Origin: Patescibacteria group bacterium
GTDB lineage: Bacteria > Patescibacteriota > Patescibacteriia > JACRDY01
Length of the DNA stretch: 64,000 nucleotides
Reading direction: 5' to 3'
Assembly (NCBI GenBank): GCA_041671565.1
Contig: JBAZBH010000001.1
Span: 7,552 to 71,551 of the forward strand
The translations under genes were made by a program, and so were the position numbers. Positions 28,382 through 37,203 of this stretch are shown here, in pieces. The notes under the pieces were generated by a model. That model was given only the letters and a program-made list of their open reading frames with translations, was not told where the DNA came from and made no database searches. Numbering within the stretch: position 1 is the stretch's first letter; each line of letters starts with the position of its first letter.

Positions 28382-28530
28382 CGGCCCATCCCTACCATTT
28401 TCCCTAGAAGGTGAAAATGGTTATCCATATTTACAATGTGCATTTTTTGCACATTACTTTTATTGATATTCCAGTATGTGCAAAATTTGCACGGACTGAA
28501 CTAGTTCCAAAATGGAAACAATTGGGGCGT

Positions 28531-29421
28531 CTATTTTTTGTTATTAACACCAATTTTCCACACTCCTTTTTCACGAAAAGCCGGAATGGTTTGCCGTTTG
28601 GCTTTATTAAGAAGAGTAATAATGGATTCATCTTCTTTTTTGGCATATTCAGAAAGCCGAATAATTTTATCCCCTTTTAGATAGGCGATCCTTTTGTGAA
28701 AAGATTCTAAAAGCGCCAGGGATAAAACTTTATCCATGATAGCGGTTTTTTTCTTGTTGCTATTTTTGTATTCTCCAAAGGACTTATAATAAGCGGCCTT
28801 TTCTTTATCGCGAATAATAATCGGCGGAAACCCGGTTTGTAACAATAAGTAATTGATCAACACGCGGCCAATCCTGCCATTGCCATCACAAAACGGATGA
28901 ATATGTTCAAATTCAAGATGAAATTTGGAAATTTTTTCCAAAAAATATTCCGTGTGGCGACTTGAATATTCCAGAAGTAAGGCGTCGATCATCGCCTCGA
29001 GATGTTCCGGCGCCGGGGCAATATATGTTCCGACGCGGACATACTCATACTGCTGACGAAACCGGCCGGCGATTCCTTCGTCTATATTGGAAATCAACAT
29101 CTTATGCAGAAGCAAAATTAAATCCTTATCGATATTTTTTGTATTTATTTTATCTTTTACATACTCAAACACCCGCGCCAAATTTTTTGCTTCAAAAACT
29201 TCACGCACCGACACATTACGAGACACCTCCATATCCAAAAGAATCTTTTCTGTTTCAGAAATAGTGAGGGTCGAATTTTCAATCGCATTGGAGTTATAAA
29301 CCGACTCCGGAAGCTCGGCCTCAAATATAATATCCAAAAGAGGCTCCTTATTTTTCTTCAAGGAATCGTAATCCCGCCTCAAGGTATTAATTTTCTCCTT
29401 AATGTCTTTTGATATAGCCAT
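28531..29421 (-). CDS. Fic family protein (class II, N-terminal inhibitory helix) with short C-terminal HTH-like tail
   Basis: SNAIENS inhibitory motif, HPFCDGNGRIGR catalytic motif. Confidence 0.93.
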   Translation of the reverse strand: MAISKDIKEKINTLRRDYDSLKKNKEPLLDIIFEAELPESVYNSNAIENSTLTISETEKILLDMEVSRNVSVREVFEAKNLARVFEYVKDKINTKNIDKDLILLLHKMLISNIDEGIAGRFRQQYEYVRVGTYIAPAPEHLEAMIDALLLEYSSRHTEYFLEKISKFHLEFEHIHPFCDGNGRIGRVLINYLLLQTGFPPIIIRDKEKAAYYKSFGEYKNSNKKKTAIMDKVLSLALLESFHKRIAYLKGDKIIRLSEYAKKEDESIITLLNKAKRQTIPAFREKGVWKIGVNNKK

Positions 29422-29448
29422 AATAAAACCTTACTAAATTATACTATC

Positions 29449-29516
29449 ATTATAGCAAATTCACGACAAAACATCAAGCTACCGTGAATTTGTAGCAAAA
29501 ATAGCATAAATTCACG
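29449..29516 (-). promoter_or_regulatory. fic promoter with inverted-repeat operator
   Basis: TTGATG-N17-TATAAT; CAAATTCACG (29456-29465) and CGTGAATTTG (29483-29492), plus a third AAATTCACG (29508-29516). Confidence 0.65.
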
Positions 29517-29545
29517 CTAATATTGCAATAATTCCCTAAAAACCT

Positions 29546-30802
29546 CTATTTTATACTTATTTTCTTCACCCCTCCCATATATTTCCTCAAAACCTTAGGA
29601 ATCTCGACCGAGCCGTCTTTCTGCTGAAACTGCTCCAAAATCGCCGGCACCAGGCGGCTGGTCGCGAGACCCGAGGCATTGAGCGTGTGAACAAACTCGT
29701 TTTTGCCGGTCGCGGCGTCTTTGTAACGAATGCTCCCCCGGCGGGCTTGATAGTCTAGGGCGTTAGAGGCGCTGGAAACTTCTTTAAAGATATTCATGCT
29801 CGGGATCCAGACTTCGATGTCGAGCGTTTTCGCCATGGCCGCGGACGCGTCTTCGGCCGCCAGTTGAACGGTCTGGAAGCAAAGGCCAAGGCCGTCAACC
29901 AATTTTTCCGCGTTTTTGACCAATTCCTCGAGCGCTTTAGCTGAGTCGCCCGGCTTCACGAACTGGAACATTTCGATTTTATTGAACTGATGCCCGCGGA
30001 TCATTCCCCGCTCTTCTTTCCGATAACTGCCGGCCTCGCGGCGGAAGCAGGCGGAATAGGCGTAGTATTTGAGCGGTAGGGATTTTTCGTCCAGGATTTC
30101 GTCGCGGTGGTAGTTGCCAATCATCATTTCTGAGGTGGCATTCAAACAAAGCCGATCCTCGGTCCAGAAGAGGTCGTCACGGAACTTCGGCAAGTGGCCG
30201 GAAGTGTAGGCCGACTGCTCGGTCAAGAGATAGGGCGGCAAAATAAAGGTGTAGCCGTTTGACCGGTGAAAATCCACAAAGTAATTGAGTAGCGCCCATT
30301 CCAACTCCGCTCCCAGCCCGCGGTAAAGCCAAAAGCCGTTACCCGACATTTTGACCGCGCGCTCGTAGTCAATGATATTCAGGCTGGTGGCGAGATCCAC
30401 ATGGTCTTTCGGCGTGAACTTGAATACCGGCTTTTTGCCAAACGAGCGAACGATCTGATTATTTTCTTTGCCACCGGGCAGGACATCGTCGGCCGGCAGG
30501 TTGGGGAGGGCCGCCATGACTTCGTTTAATTTCCCTTCCACGGCTTTCAGTTCTTCGTCCAGTTTTTTGATCGCCTCGCCCACTTTTTTCATCTCGGCGA
30601 TGACTTCCGGGGTAGGCTTGGTTTTGGAGTGAGCGTTCCGTTCGGATTTCAGCTGATCAACCTCGCCGATCAGCCGCCGGCGTTCGGCGTCCAGCTGGAT
30701 AGCGGCGTCCAGGGCCGGGTCGAGCTTTTCCGGCGGGAGGCGTTTGAGGAGGGCGGCTCTTACAACCTCTTTTTGTTCAATGATACGATTGATGTCGAGC
30801 AT
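29546..30802 (-). CDS. serS: Serine-tRNA ligase
   Basis: N-terminal coiled coil, TSE, FRREAG, HQFNKIE, HTLNASGLA. Confidence 0.98.
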   Translation of the reverse strand: MLDINRIIEQKEVVRAALLKRLPPEKLDPALDAAIQLDAERRRLIGEVDQLKSERNAHSKTKPTPEVIAEMKKVGEAIKKLDEELKAVEGKLNEVMAALPNLPADDVLPGGKENNQIVRSFGKKPVFKFTPKDHVDLATSLNIIDYERAVKMSGNGFWLYRGLGAELEWALLNYFVDFHRSNGYTFILPPYLLTEQSAYTSGHLPKFRDDLFWTEDRLCLNATSEMMIGNYHRDEILDEKSLPLKYYAYSACFRREAGSYRKEERGMIRGHQFNKIEMFQFVKPGDSAKALEELVKNAEKLVDGLGLCFQTVQLAAEDASAAMAKTLDIEVWIPSMNIFKEVSSASNALDYQARRGSIRYKDAATGKNEFVHTLNASGLATSRLVPAILEQFQQKDGSVEIPKVLRKYMGGVKKISIK

Positions 30803-30820
30803 ATAATATATTTATGTTTT

Positions 30821-30946
30821 AAGTTCAAAACCCTAAGTTCAAAGTTCAAATCAAGTTCAAAGATCAAATGATTATTCTCGGTTAGCCATGAAGCCGCTTT
30901 TGGCCTTTGGATTTGATTTGAACTTTGAATTTTGAACTTTGAACTT
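30821..30946. repeat. Fold-back element, family B, copy 2
   Basis: Left arm nearly identical to 22461-22508; different loop. Confidence 0.9.
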
Positions 30947-30960
30947 TTTAAAATCTTGCT

Positions 30961-31395
30961 CTATTTATGGACAAGTTTCGCTCCATTCAATTTGTCATTC
31001 CGCAACAACGAGCTCTTGTACTTCTCCGGCTGGAAGGGCTGGAGGCGGTGGACGGCGGCTTTAATCTTTAATTCTGCCAGCTTGCCGCGCAATTCGTCCA
31101 GGTCCATTTTCTGGTCGTAACCGAGGCAGACCACTTCGGGTTTTAATTCTTTAATAATTTTAAACCGGTTGGTCAGGTAGCCGAGAGCCGCGCGATTCAC
31201 CAGTGGGGATTTTTTCACGGCTTTGAGCCGGGCGTTTTCGTTAAACTGCGGACGCTGGCCTTTGTATTTTTTGACATTCAGATCGCGCGCCACCACCACG
31301 ATCAGATAATCGCCATAAACTTTCGCTTGGCGGAAAAAATCCAAGTGCCCGGGGTGTAGGCCGTCGAAAGTGCCGAAAACCATGACTTTAATCAT
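30961..31395 (-). CDS. Cytidylyltransferase-family protein, RibL-like FAD synthetase
   Basis: FGTFDGLHPGH, VVVARD, LGYDQ, YKSS; start ATG 31395. Confidence 0.88.
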   Translation of the reverse strand: MIKVMVFGTFDGLHPGHLDFFRQAKVYGDYLIVVVARDLNVKKYKGQRPQFNENARLKAVKKSPLVNRAALGYLTNRFKIIKELKPEVVCLGYDQKMDLDELRGKLAELKIKAAVHRLQPFQPEKYKSSLLRNDKLNGAKLVHK

Positions 31396-31404
31396 AGTGT
31401 CTTT

Positions 31405-31479
31405 GTAGAAACGCAATGCTTTGCGTCTCCGTAATAAATCAAATAACGCGTTTAGAGACGCAAAGCATTGCGTCTCTAC
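31405..31479. repeat. REPIN-like doublet (GTAG-AGACGC family)
   Basis: GTAGAAACGCAATGCTTTGCGTCTC ... AGAGACGCAAAGCATTGCGTCTCTAC; overlaps the lysS stop codon. Confidence 0.88.
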
Positions 31480-33035
31480 CGATCGACTGCCTCATTAAGC
31501 CGTTTGACTACCAAATCACGGTCGAGGGACGCCAGGAGCCAACCGGCCTGGGGGCCGGAGTCTTTACCGAGAAATATACTGTAAATCGCGCTAAACAAGT
31601 CTTTTGGTTCAATCTGTAGATCCGCCTTGATCTGGTGGAGGGCGCTGTGCAGTTCTTCGCCGGAAAGCTTGGGCGAGGCAGAAAAAACTTTCAGGAGTTC
31701 GGCGAGCGCTTCTTTTTGTTTGGCGCTAAGGTCAACCGGCGGCAAGGTATCAAGAATATTAAATTTAAAACTGTCCGGCGCCGAAGTCGCGAGCCACTTG
31801 CGGGCGTAGTCTTCGCGCACCGCGATTTCCGCTTTTTCGTCCGCGGTCAGACCGTCCCCTTTCTCAGTCTCGGCGTAAGTGAGGACGCTGGCGCGGGGCA
31901 TTTGCAAGAGATAAGCGATTTTAGAAAAACGGAGGCGGTAGACCGGCGGTTTTTCCGGCAACAGCTGGGCGTACTCATAAGCCTGGCCGAGATCTGACTG
32001 CGGGTCTTTAAGGTATTCGTCAATACAGCGGTCCAGCTCGTCATAAAGCCGCGGCACGGCGTCGCCGTCCAGTTTGAACTCAATCCTGGTTTTGGCGCGC
32101 GTGCGCATCATCAAGAAACGAACCAACTGCGCCGGCAGAAGATCCACAATGTCAGCGGCTGAGACGCCCACACCCTTAGACGAACTCATCTTCTTGCCGC
32201 CATCAATCATGATCCATTCGTAAATATGGCTGTAAGGCACCGGGATTTTAAAAACTTGCTCGGCAATCGCCCGGGCGACGAAAAACGCGCCGCCTTTGGT
32301 GTAGTGGTCCAGCCCGGCGAGCTCCACGGCCGTGCCGCGGAATTGCCAACGCGCCACAATCGCTAGCTTGTACGGCAGTTTGGCATTGCCATCAAAGGGC
32401 GAAATCTGGCCTTGATAACCGCAGCCAACAGCCCAGTCAACCATCTTTGGCTCGCAAGTAAAACTGACCAGCTGGCCGTCCCAACCCGTGACTTTGGTCG
32501 TGCCCATCTTGCCGCACTTTGGGCAGATGACATTAAGCGGGTACCAGTCGTCGGCCTTGACCGAGCCGGAAACCGACTGATAAATCGCGCGGATCTCGGC
32601 GGCGTGGTCGAGAGCGATCCGGATCGACTCGTTGTATTCGCCGCCGCGGTAAGCGTCCGAGTCCAGAATAAACTTGGGCTCGCAGCCGAGTTGCTTGATA
32701 ACTTTTAGAAAATCCTGGGCGTAATAATCAGCGTAGCTTTTGTACCCCGGCTCCGGTGACGGAATGTTACATAAAGGCAAACCCATCAGCGGGCGGTATT
32801 TCTTTTCGTCAAGATAAACCGGCAGGCCATCCATCGGGTCAAAATCATCAAAACCATAGAGATATTCGGCCGTCTCGCCCGCCTGCCGCAGACCGCGGTA
32901 AATAGCGTCATGAATCAAGACACCACGGAGCGACCCGACATGGACTTTGCCCGAGGGGGTTTTGTAGTCAGTGACCAGATAACTTTTCTGCGGTTTTTTC
33001 CTGATTTCCTCAACAATTTGATTGACCCAAAACAT
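31476..33035 (-). CDS. lysS: Lysine-tRNA ligase, class I
   Basis: TPSGKVHVGS, DDFDPMD, CPKCG, KMSSSKG, GKDSGPQAG. Confidence 0.95.
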   Translation of the reverse strand: MFWVNQIVEEIRKKPQKSYLVTDYKTPSGKVHVGSLRGVLIHDAIYRGLRQAGETAEYLYGFDDFDPMDGLPVYLDEKKYRPLMGLPLCNIPSPEPGYKSYADYYAQDFLKVIKQLGCEPKFILDSDAYRGGEYNESIRIALDHAAEIRAIYQSVSGSVKADDWYPLNVICPKCGKMGTTKVTGWDGQLVSFTCEPKMVDWAVGCGYQGQISPFDGNAKLPYKLAIVARWQFRGTAVELAGLDHYTKGGAFFVARAIAEQVFKIPVPYSHIYEWIMIDGGKKMSSSKGVGVSAADIVDLLPAQLVRFLMMRTRAKTRIEFKLDGDAVPRLYDELDRCIDEYLKDPQSDLGQAYEYAQLLPEKPPVYRLRFSKIAYLLQMPRASVLTYAETEKGDGLTADEKAEIAVREDYARKWLATSAPDSFKFNILDTLPPVDLSAKQKEALAELLKVFSASPKLSGEELHSALHQIKADLQIEPKDLFSAIYSIFLGKDSGPQAGWLLASLDRDLVVKRLNEAVDR

Positions 33036-33109
33036 AGGAATAATGTTTAAAAAAGATTAGGTTTAGTTATTCTATTTTAGCGAAAGTTAGGGGTTTTGGC
33101 AATGACGAA

Positions 33110-33242
33110 GAGATTTAAGATTTAGGATTTAAGATTTAAGAATGTCGGTAATCAGCGTTTAACCTAATAATCATGGTTAAGGGTTTAGCTTAGTTCAATA
33201 CGGAGTTTATTCTTAAATCTTAAATCCTAAATCTTAAATCTC
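33110..33242. repeat. Fold-back element, family D (AAGATTT arms)
   Basis: Perfect 34 bp arms GAGATTTAAGATTTAGGATTTAAGATTTAAGAAT (33110-33143 / 33209-33242). Confidence 0.93.
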
Positions 33243-33289
33243 CTACTAAAAAAGACTTAAGAAGCTAACCCCTTAAGTCCCTTTAAATT

Positions 33290-33745
33290 CTACTCTACCG
33301 TCAGGATCTCATAAGTCAGCTTCCCCCGCGGCACTTCCACCGTCACCTGCTCGCCGGCCTGGCGGCCGAGAAAGGCCTGGCCGAGGGGCGATTCATTGGA
33401 AATTTTGCCCTTCAGCGGGTCGGCTTCGTTAAAGCTGACGATCTGGAACTCCTGCTTGCCGCCTGCCGATTTGACGGTAATTTTCGAGCCGAGATTAACC
33501 ACGCCTTGGGCCGACTGGGCTGACAAAACGGCGTGTTTTAGCGCGTCTTCCAGCTCCAAAATATGAGTTTCATTGTGCGACTGGTCTTCTTTTGCTTCCT
33601 GATACTCAAAATTTTCGCTCAAGTCCCCGAGGCCCTTGGCGTATTCAATTTTATCGGCGATAATTTTTCGTTTTTTCAGGCACTCCCCCAGCTCTTTTTT
33701 TAGCTTGTCGAGGCCTTCGGTCGTAACCATGATTTCGTCTGCCAT
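33290..33745 (-). CDS. greA: Transcription elongation factor GreA
   Basis: GDLSENFEY, ISNESPLGQA. Confidence 0.97.
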   Translation of the reverse strand: MADEIMVTTEGLDKLKKELGECLKKRKIIADKIEYAKGLGDLSENFEYQEAKEDQSHNETHILELEDALKHAVLSAQSAQGVVNLGSKITVKSAGGKQEFQIVSFNEADPLKGKISNESPLGQAFLGRQAGEQVTVEVPRGKLTYEILTVE

Positions 33746-33925
33746 AGTGATTGTTTACGATTTAGCAACTAGATATTAAATAAAAAATCCCCCTGAACGG
33801 TTATGGAGATAATTAACTCTTTAATAATAGCGTACCTAAAAATGCTGTCAAGAGGGATATGTCTAGTGGATATTAAGCTTATTTTAGGCTTTTTCTAGTT
33901 TACCAGAAAGAACTAATTTTAGGGT

Positions 33926-34044
33926 AGAAATAGAGAAATAAAGAAATAAAGAAATAGTTCTAGTGAGTGATTATTCCAACAAGATCTTTTATTGTCTAAC
34001 TCTACCTACCTCCAATTTCTTTATTTCTCTATTTCTTTATTTCT
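33926..34044. repeat. Fold-back element, family E (AGAAATAA 8-mer arms)
   Basis: AGAAATAGAGAAATAAAGAAATAAAGAAATAG ... ATTTCTTTATTTCTCTATTTCTTTATTTCT just past the glyQS stop. Confidence 0.88.
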
Positions 34045-34051
34045 TCTTTTA

Positions 34052-35452
34052 TCAAAACTTCCCCTGTAAATAATCCCCTAATTCCGCGATTTTGATTCTT
34101 TCTTGTTTCATCGTGTCGCGGTCCCGAACTGTCACCGCCCTGTCTTCAAGCGTCTCAAAGTCCACGGTCACGCAATACGGCGTGCCGACTTCGTCCTGGC
34201 GGCGGTACCGTTTGCCAATGCTCTGAGTTTCGTCGTAGTCAACCGAGAAGTTCTGGCGCAATTCCGCGGCCAGCGGCTCGGCAATAGTAGCCAGTTCTTC
34301 TTTTTTGGACAAAGGCAGGACGGCAACTTGAATCGGCGCCAGATTCTTCGGGAACTTCATCACCACGCGGGTTTCAGTTTCACCGTCTTTGGCAGTTGGC
34401 GCCTCTTCCTCGTGGTAAGCCTCCAAGAGGCAAACCAGCATCATCCGGTCCATGCCAAAGGTCGGCTCGATCACATGCGGCAAAAATTTTTCGCCGGTTT
34501 CCGGGTCGGTGTACTGCAAATCCTGACCGCTAACGGCCTGGTGCCGTGAGAGGTCAAAATCCGTGCGGTAAGCGATACCATGGAGCTCTTTGACGCCAAA
34601 AGGATATTGGTACTCGATATCCACGGTTCGCTTGCTGTAATGCGCCCGCTCCCCGTCCGGAATCTCATGCCAGATCAAATGATCCATATTTACCTGCATA
34701 ATGTCCTGCCACCAGCGCTTGATTTCGCTTAGCCACATTTCAAAAACTTTTTCCCAGTCTTTGGGGTTAATGAAGTATTCCAGCTCGCCGATTTCAAACT
34801 CTTTGGTGCGGAAGATGAAGTTGCCCGGGGTGATTTCGTTCCGGAAGCACTTGCCAATCTGGGCAATGCCAAAGGGCAAACGGCGGCGCGTGACATTCAG
34901 AATATTTTTAAAATTAACAAACATGCCACCGGCGGTTTCCGGCCGGAGATAAGCGACCGTCGAGCTGTCTTCGGTCGGACCAAGGAAGGTTTTCAGCATC
35001 TGGTTGAAATTTTTGGGCTCAGTTAAAGCGCCTTCGCAATCCGGACAAACCAGCTCGCTGATAGTTTTAGGCTGTTCTTTGTCATGACCCGGCTCCAAAC
35101 TATTCATTTCCAAAAGGTGGTCGGCGCGGAAGCGGTGGTGGCATTTCTTGCATTCCACCAATAAATCATTAAAGTTCTGCAAATGGCCCGAGGCTTCCCA
35201 AGCTTTGGGGTTCATGATAATCGCCGAGTCGAGTGGCACCATGTCGGCGCGTTCCTGCACAAAAAACCGCCACCAAGCTTTCTTGATGTTTTGCTTGAGG
35301 AGGTGGCCCAGCGGGCCGTAGTCCCAGGAGTTGGCGAGGCCGCCGTAGATTTCCGAACCCGGGAACACCAAGCCGCGGCGTTTGCAGAGCGAGACGATTT
35401 TGTCCATTTTGTCTTCCTTGTTTTCGGGTTTAACTTGAGTTTTAATAGTCAT
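34052..35452 (-). CDS. glyQS: Glycine-tRNA ligase (homodimeric type)
   Basis: LRPETAGG, FRNEITP, VIEPTFG, anticodon domain SIGKRYRRQDEVGTP. Confidence 0.97.
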   Translation of the reverse strand: MTIKTQVKPENKEDKMDKIVSLCKRRGLVFPGSEIYGGLANSWDYGPLGHLLKQNIKKAWWRFFVQERADMVPLDSAIIMNPKAWEASGHLQNFNDLLVECKKCHHRFRADHLLEMNSLEPGHDKEQPKTISELVCPDCEGALTEPKNFNQMLKTFLGPTEDSSTVAYLRPETAGGMFVNFKNILNVTRRRLPFGIAQIGKCFRNEITPGNFIFRTKEFEIGELEYFINPKDWEKVFEMWLSEIKRWWQDIMQVNMDHLIWHEIPDGERAHYSKRTVDIEYQYPFGVKELHGIAYRTDFDLSRHQAVSGQDLQYTDPETGEKFLPHVIEPTFGMDRMMLVCLLEAYHEEEAPTAKDGETETRVVMKFPKNLAPIQVAVLPLSKKEELATIAEPLAAELRQNFSVDYDETQSIGKRYRRQDEVGTPYCVTVDFETLEDRAVTVRDRDTMKQERIKIAELGDYLQGKF

Positions 35453-35466
35453 AATTTATTTTAACA

Positions 35467-35546
35467 AGCTGTCACGCCGACAGGCCGTCATGCCGTCAGT
35501 AGCTATCAGCTGACTGTCGGCCTATCGGCTTGTCGGCCTGTGAGCT
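35467..35546. repeat. Fold-back element with GCCGACAG-like 8-mer arms
   Basis: GTCACGCCGACAGGCCGTCATGCCGTCAG ... CTGTCGGCCTATCGGCTTGTCGGCCTG in the frr-glyQS junction. Confidence 0.8.
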
Positions 35547-36096
35547 ATACCGTCATTATCTCCTCTTCCTTCTTCTCCAACATTTCCTTGATCTGATCGT
35601 TGTACTTGCCGGTCAGCTCGTCCAGGTCTTTTTGCAGGCGGTATTTATCGTCCTCGGTAATTTCATTGTTTTTCTCCTGCTCGGACGCCTCGTCGCGGAT
35701 CTTATCGCGGAGACCGCGGACCGCCACCCGGCCATTCTCGATCTTTTCTTTCAGCACTTTGACCAGATCCCGGCGGGTTTCTTCCGTCATCTGCGGCACG
35801 CTAACGCGGATAAACTGGCCTTCGTTCGCGGTCCCGAGACCGAGGTTTGCCGCGGCAATCGCCTTTTCCACATCTTTGAGGAGGCCCTTATCCCATGGCT
35901 CGACGGTCATACTCCGCGCGTCGGCAACGGTAATACTGCCCACCTGCTTGATCGGCATTTTACTGCCATAAGCCTCCACCAAAAGGTTTTCAATCAAGGC
36001 CGGGTTAGCGCGCCCGGTGCGGAGACCCATCAGGTCGGCCTTCAGGTGGTCAATTAATTTAGCAAACTCCGGCTTATAATCTTCAAGTATACTCAT
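35545..36096 (-). CDS. frr: Ribosome recycling factor
   Basis: RTGRANP, VEAYG, PQMTEETR, KEEEIMTV. Confidence 0.98.
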   Translation of the reverse strand: MSILEDYKPEFAKLIDHLKADLMGLRTGRANPALIENLLVEAYGSKMPIKQVGSITVADARSMTVEPWDKGLLKDVEKAIAAANLGLGTANEGQFIRVSVPQMTEETRRDLVKVLKEKIENGRVAVRGLRDKIRDEASEQEKNNEITEDDKYRLQKDLDELTGKYNDQIKEMLEKKEEEIMTV

Positions 36097-36104
36097 AAAT
36101 TTAG

Positions 36105-37178
36105 TTATTTTTTCTGTAATAAAGTCGTGCCTAAATATAGCACTTTGGTGTTCAGCGGGTCAATCGCCAAGACCGTGCCGGCCCGAGTGGTCGGCAGTTT
36201 GGTGGTAATCCAGTTTTGGCCGCCATCCAGCGATTTGTAAAAAGTGCTGTCGGTCGCATAATACAGGCCGTTGCTGTTTTCCGGGTCAACAGCCACGGAA
36301 TAGATGGCCGCACTGCCGGGCTTGGTCAGCAGATTAACCGCCGTCCAAGTTTCGCCGCCGTCGCCGGATTTAAGAATACCAAAGGGCGACGCCCAAGCGA
36401 GACCATGATTAACCGACCGGTCCAAGACCAGGTCACGATATTGGAGCGCGCCGGCAAAAGGATTAAACGGATCACGGAGCTGGCTCCAATCCACACCCTT
36501 GGTGGCGGTGCGGAAAATGCCGGCGCCTTCAGTCGCCACATAAACCATCCGGCTGTCGCGCGGATCAACGATAATTTTGCGAATCCGGTTGCCCATTGAT
36601 TTGATATTGGTCCAGCTCAGACCCGAGTCCGAACTTTTGAGAAAATTACCCTCGGCAGTGCCGACATAAATAATTTTCGGGGTGTACCAGTCAACCGCCA
36701 CACTGGTCGAAACATCGCTGGCGCGGGTGCCGTAGTAAACCTGGCGCCAATCGCGGGCACAATTGGTGGACTTAAAAATCCGGTTTAACGCCACGCCGTA
36801 CAGGGTACAACTGTCCTTCGGGTCAACCGCGACATCCTCCAGGCTTTTCATTTCACCGGGCAGGCTGCGTGGCAACTGCCAATTCTCGCCGCCGTCATAA
36901 GTGAAAATCAGGCCGCTCGTCGCCGTCACCAGATAAATCGCCAAATGGTCTTGCGGGTCAGAAACTATCCTTTTGATGTTCTGGGCGTTAATGCTCGCCG
37001 GCGCGCCGCTGGTGGTTGGAATCAGGTTTTTGGCTTGCCAACTGCCACCCTGATCAATTGTCTTAAAAATGCCGCCGTCATTGCCCACCGCCGTTTTGCC
37101 GCCAAGGCTAATTTGGCAGCCGGCCAGAAGCGGCAAGGAAAGCGCCAGACTGAGTAAAATCAAAACTTTTTTGGACAT
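36105..37178 (-). CDS. Lipoprotein with BNR/Asp-box beta-propeller
   Basis: Lipobox LAGC; repeated S.DGG.(S/T/N)W. Confidence 0.88.
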   Translation of the reverse strand: MSKKVLILLSLALSLPLLAGCQISLGGKTAVGNDGGIFKTIDQGGSWQAKNLIPTTSGAPASINAQNIKRIVSDPQDHLAIYLVTATSGLIFTYDGGENWQLPRSLPGEMKSLEDVAVDPKDSCTLYGVALNRIFKSTNCARDWRQVYYGTRASDVSTSVAVDWYTPKIIYVGTAEGNFLKSSDSGLSWTNIKSMGNRIRKIIVDPRDSRMVYVATEGAGIFRTATKGVDWSQLRDPFNPFAGALQYRDLVLDRSVNHGLAWASPFGILKSGDGGETWTAVNLLTKPGSAAIYSVAVDPENSNGLYYATDSTFYKSLDGGQNWITTKLPTTRAGTVLAIDPLNTKVLYLGTTLLQKK

Positions 37179-37203
37179 ATATTTGTTTATTTTAAAAATT
37201 GGC

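Noticed and set aside
35530-36057. Long antisense ORFs over frr, mreB, glyQS, nrdA and others
   Set aside because: Opposite-strand shadows of well-supported genes, with no motifs or start signals.
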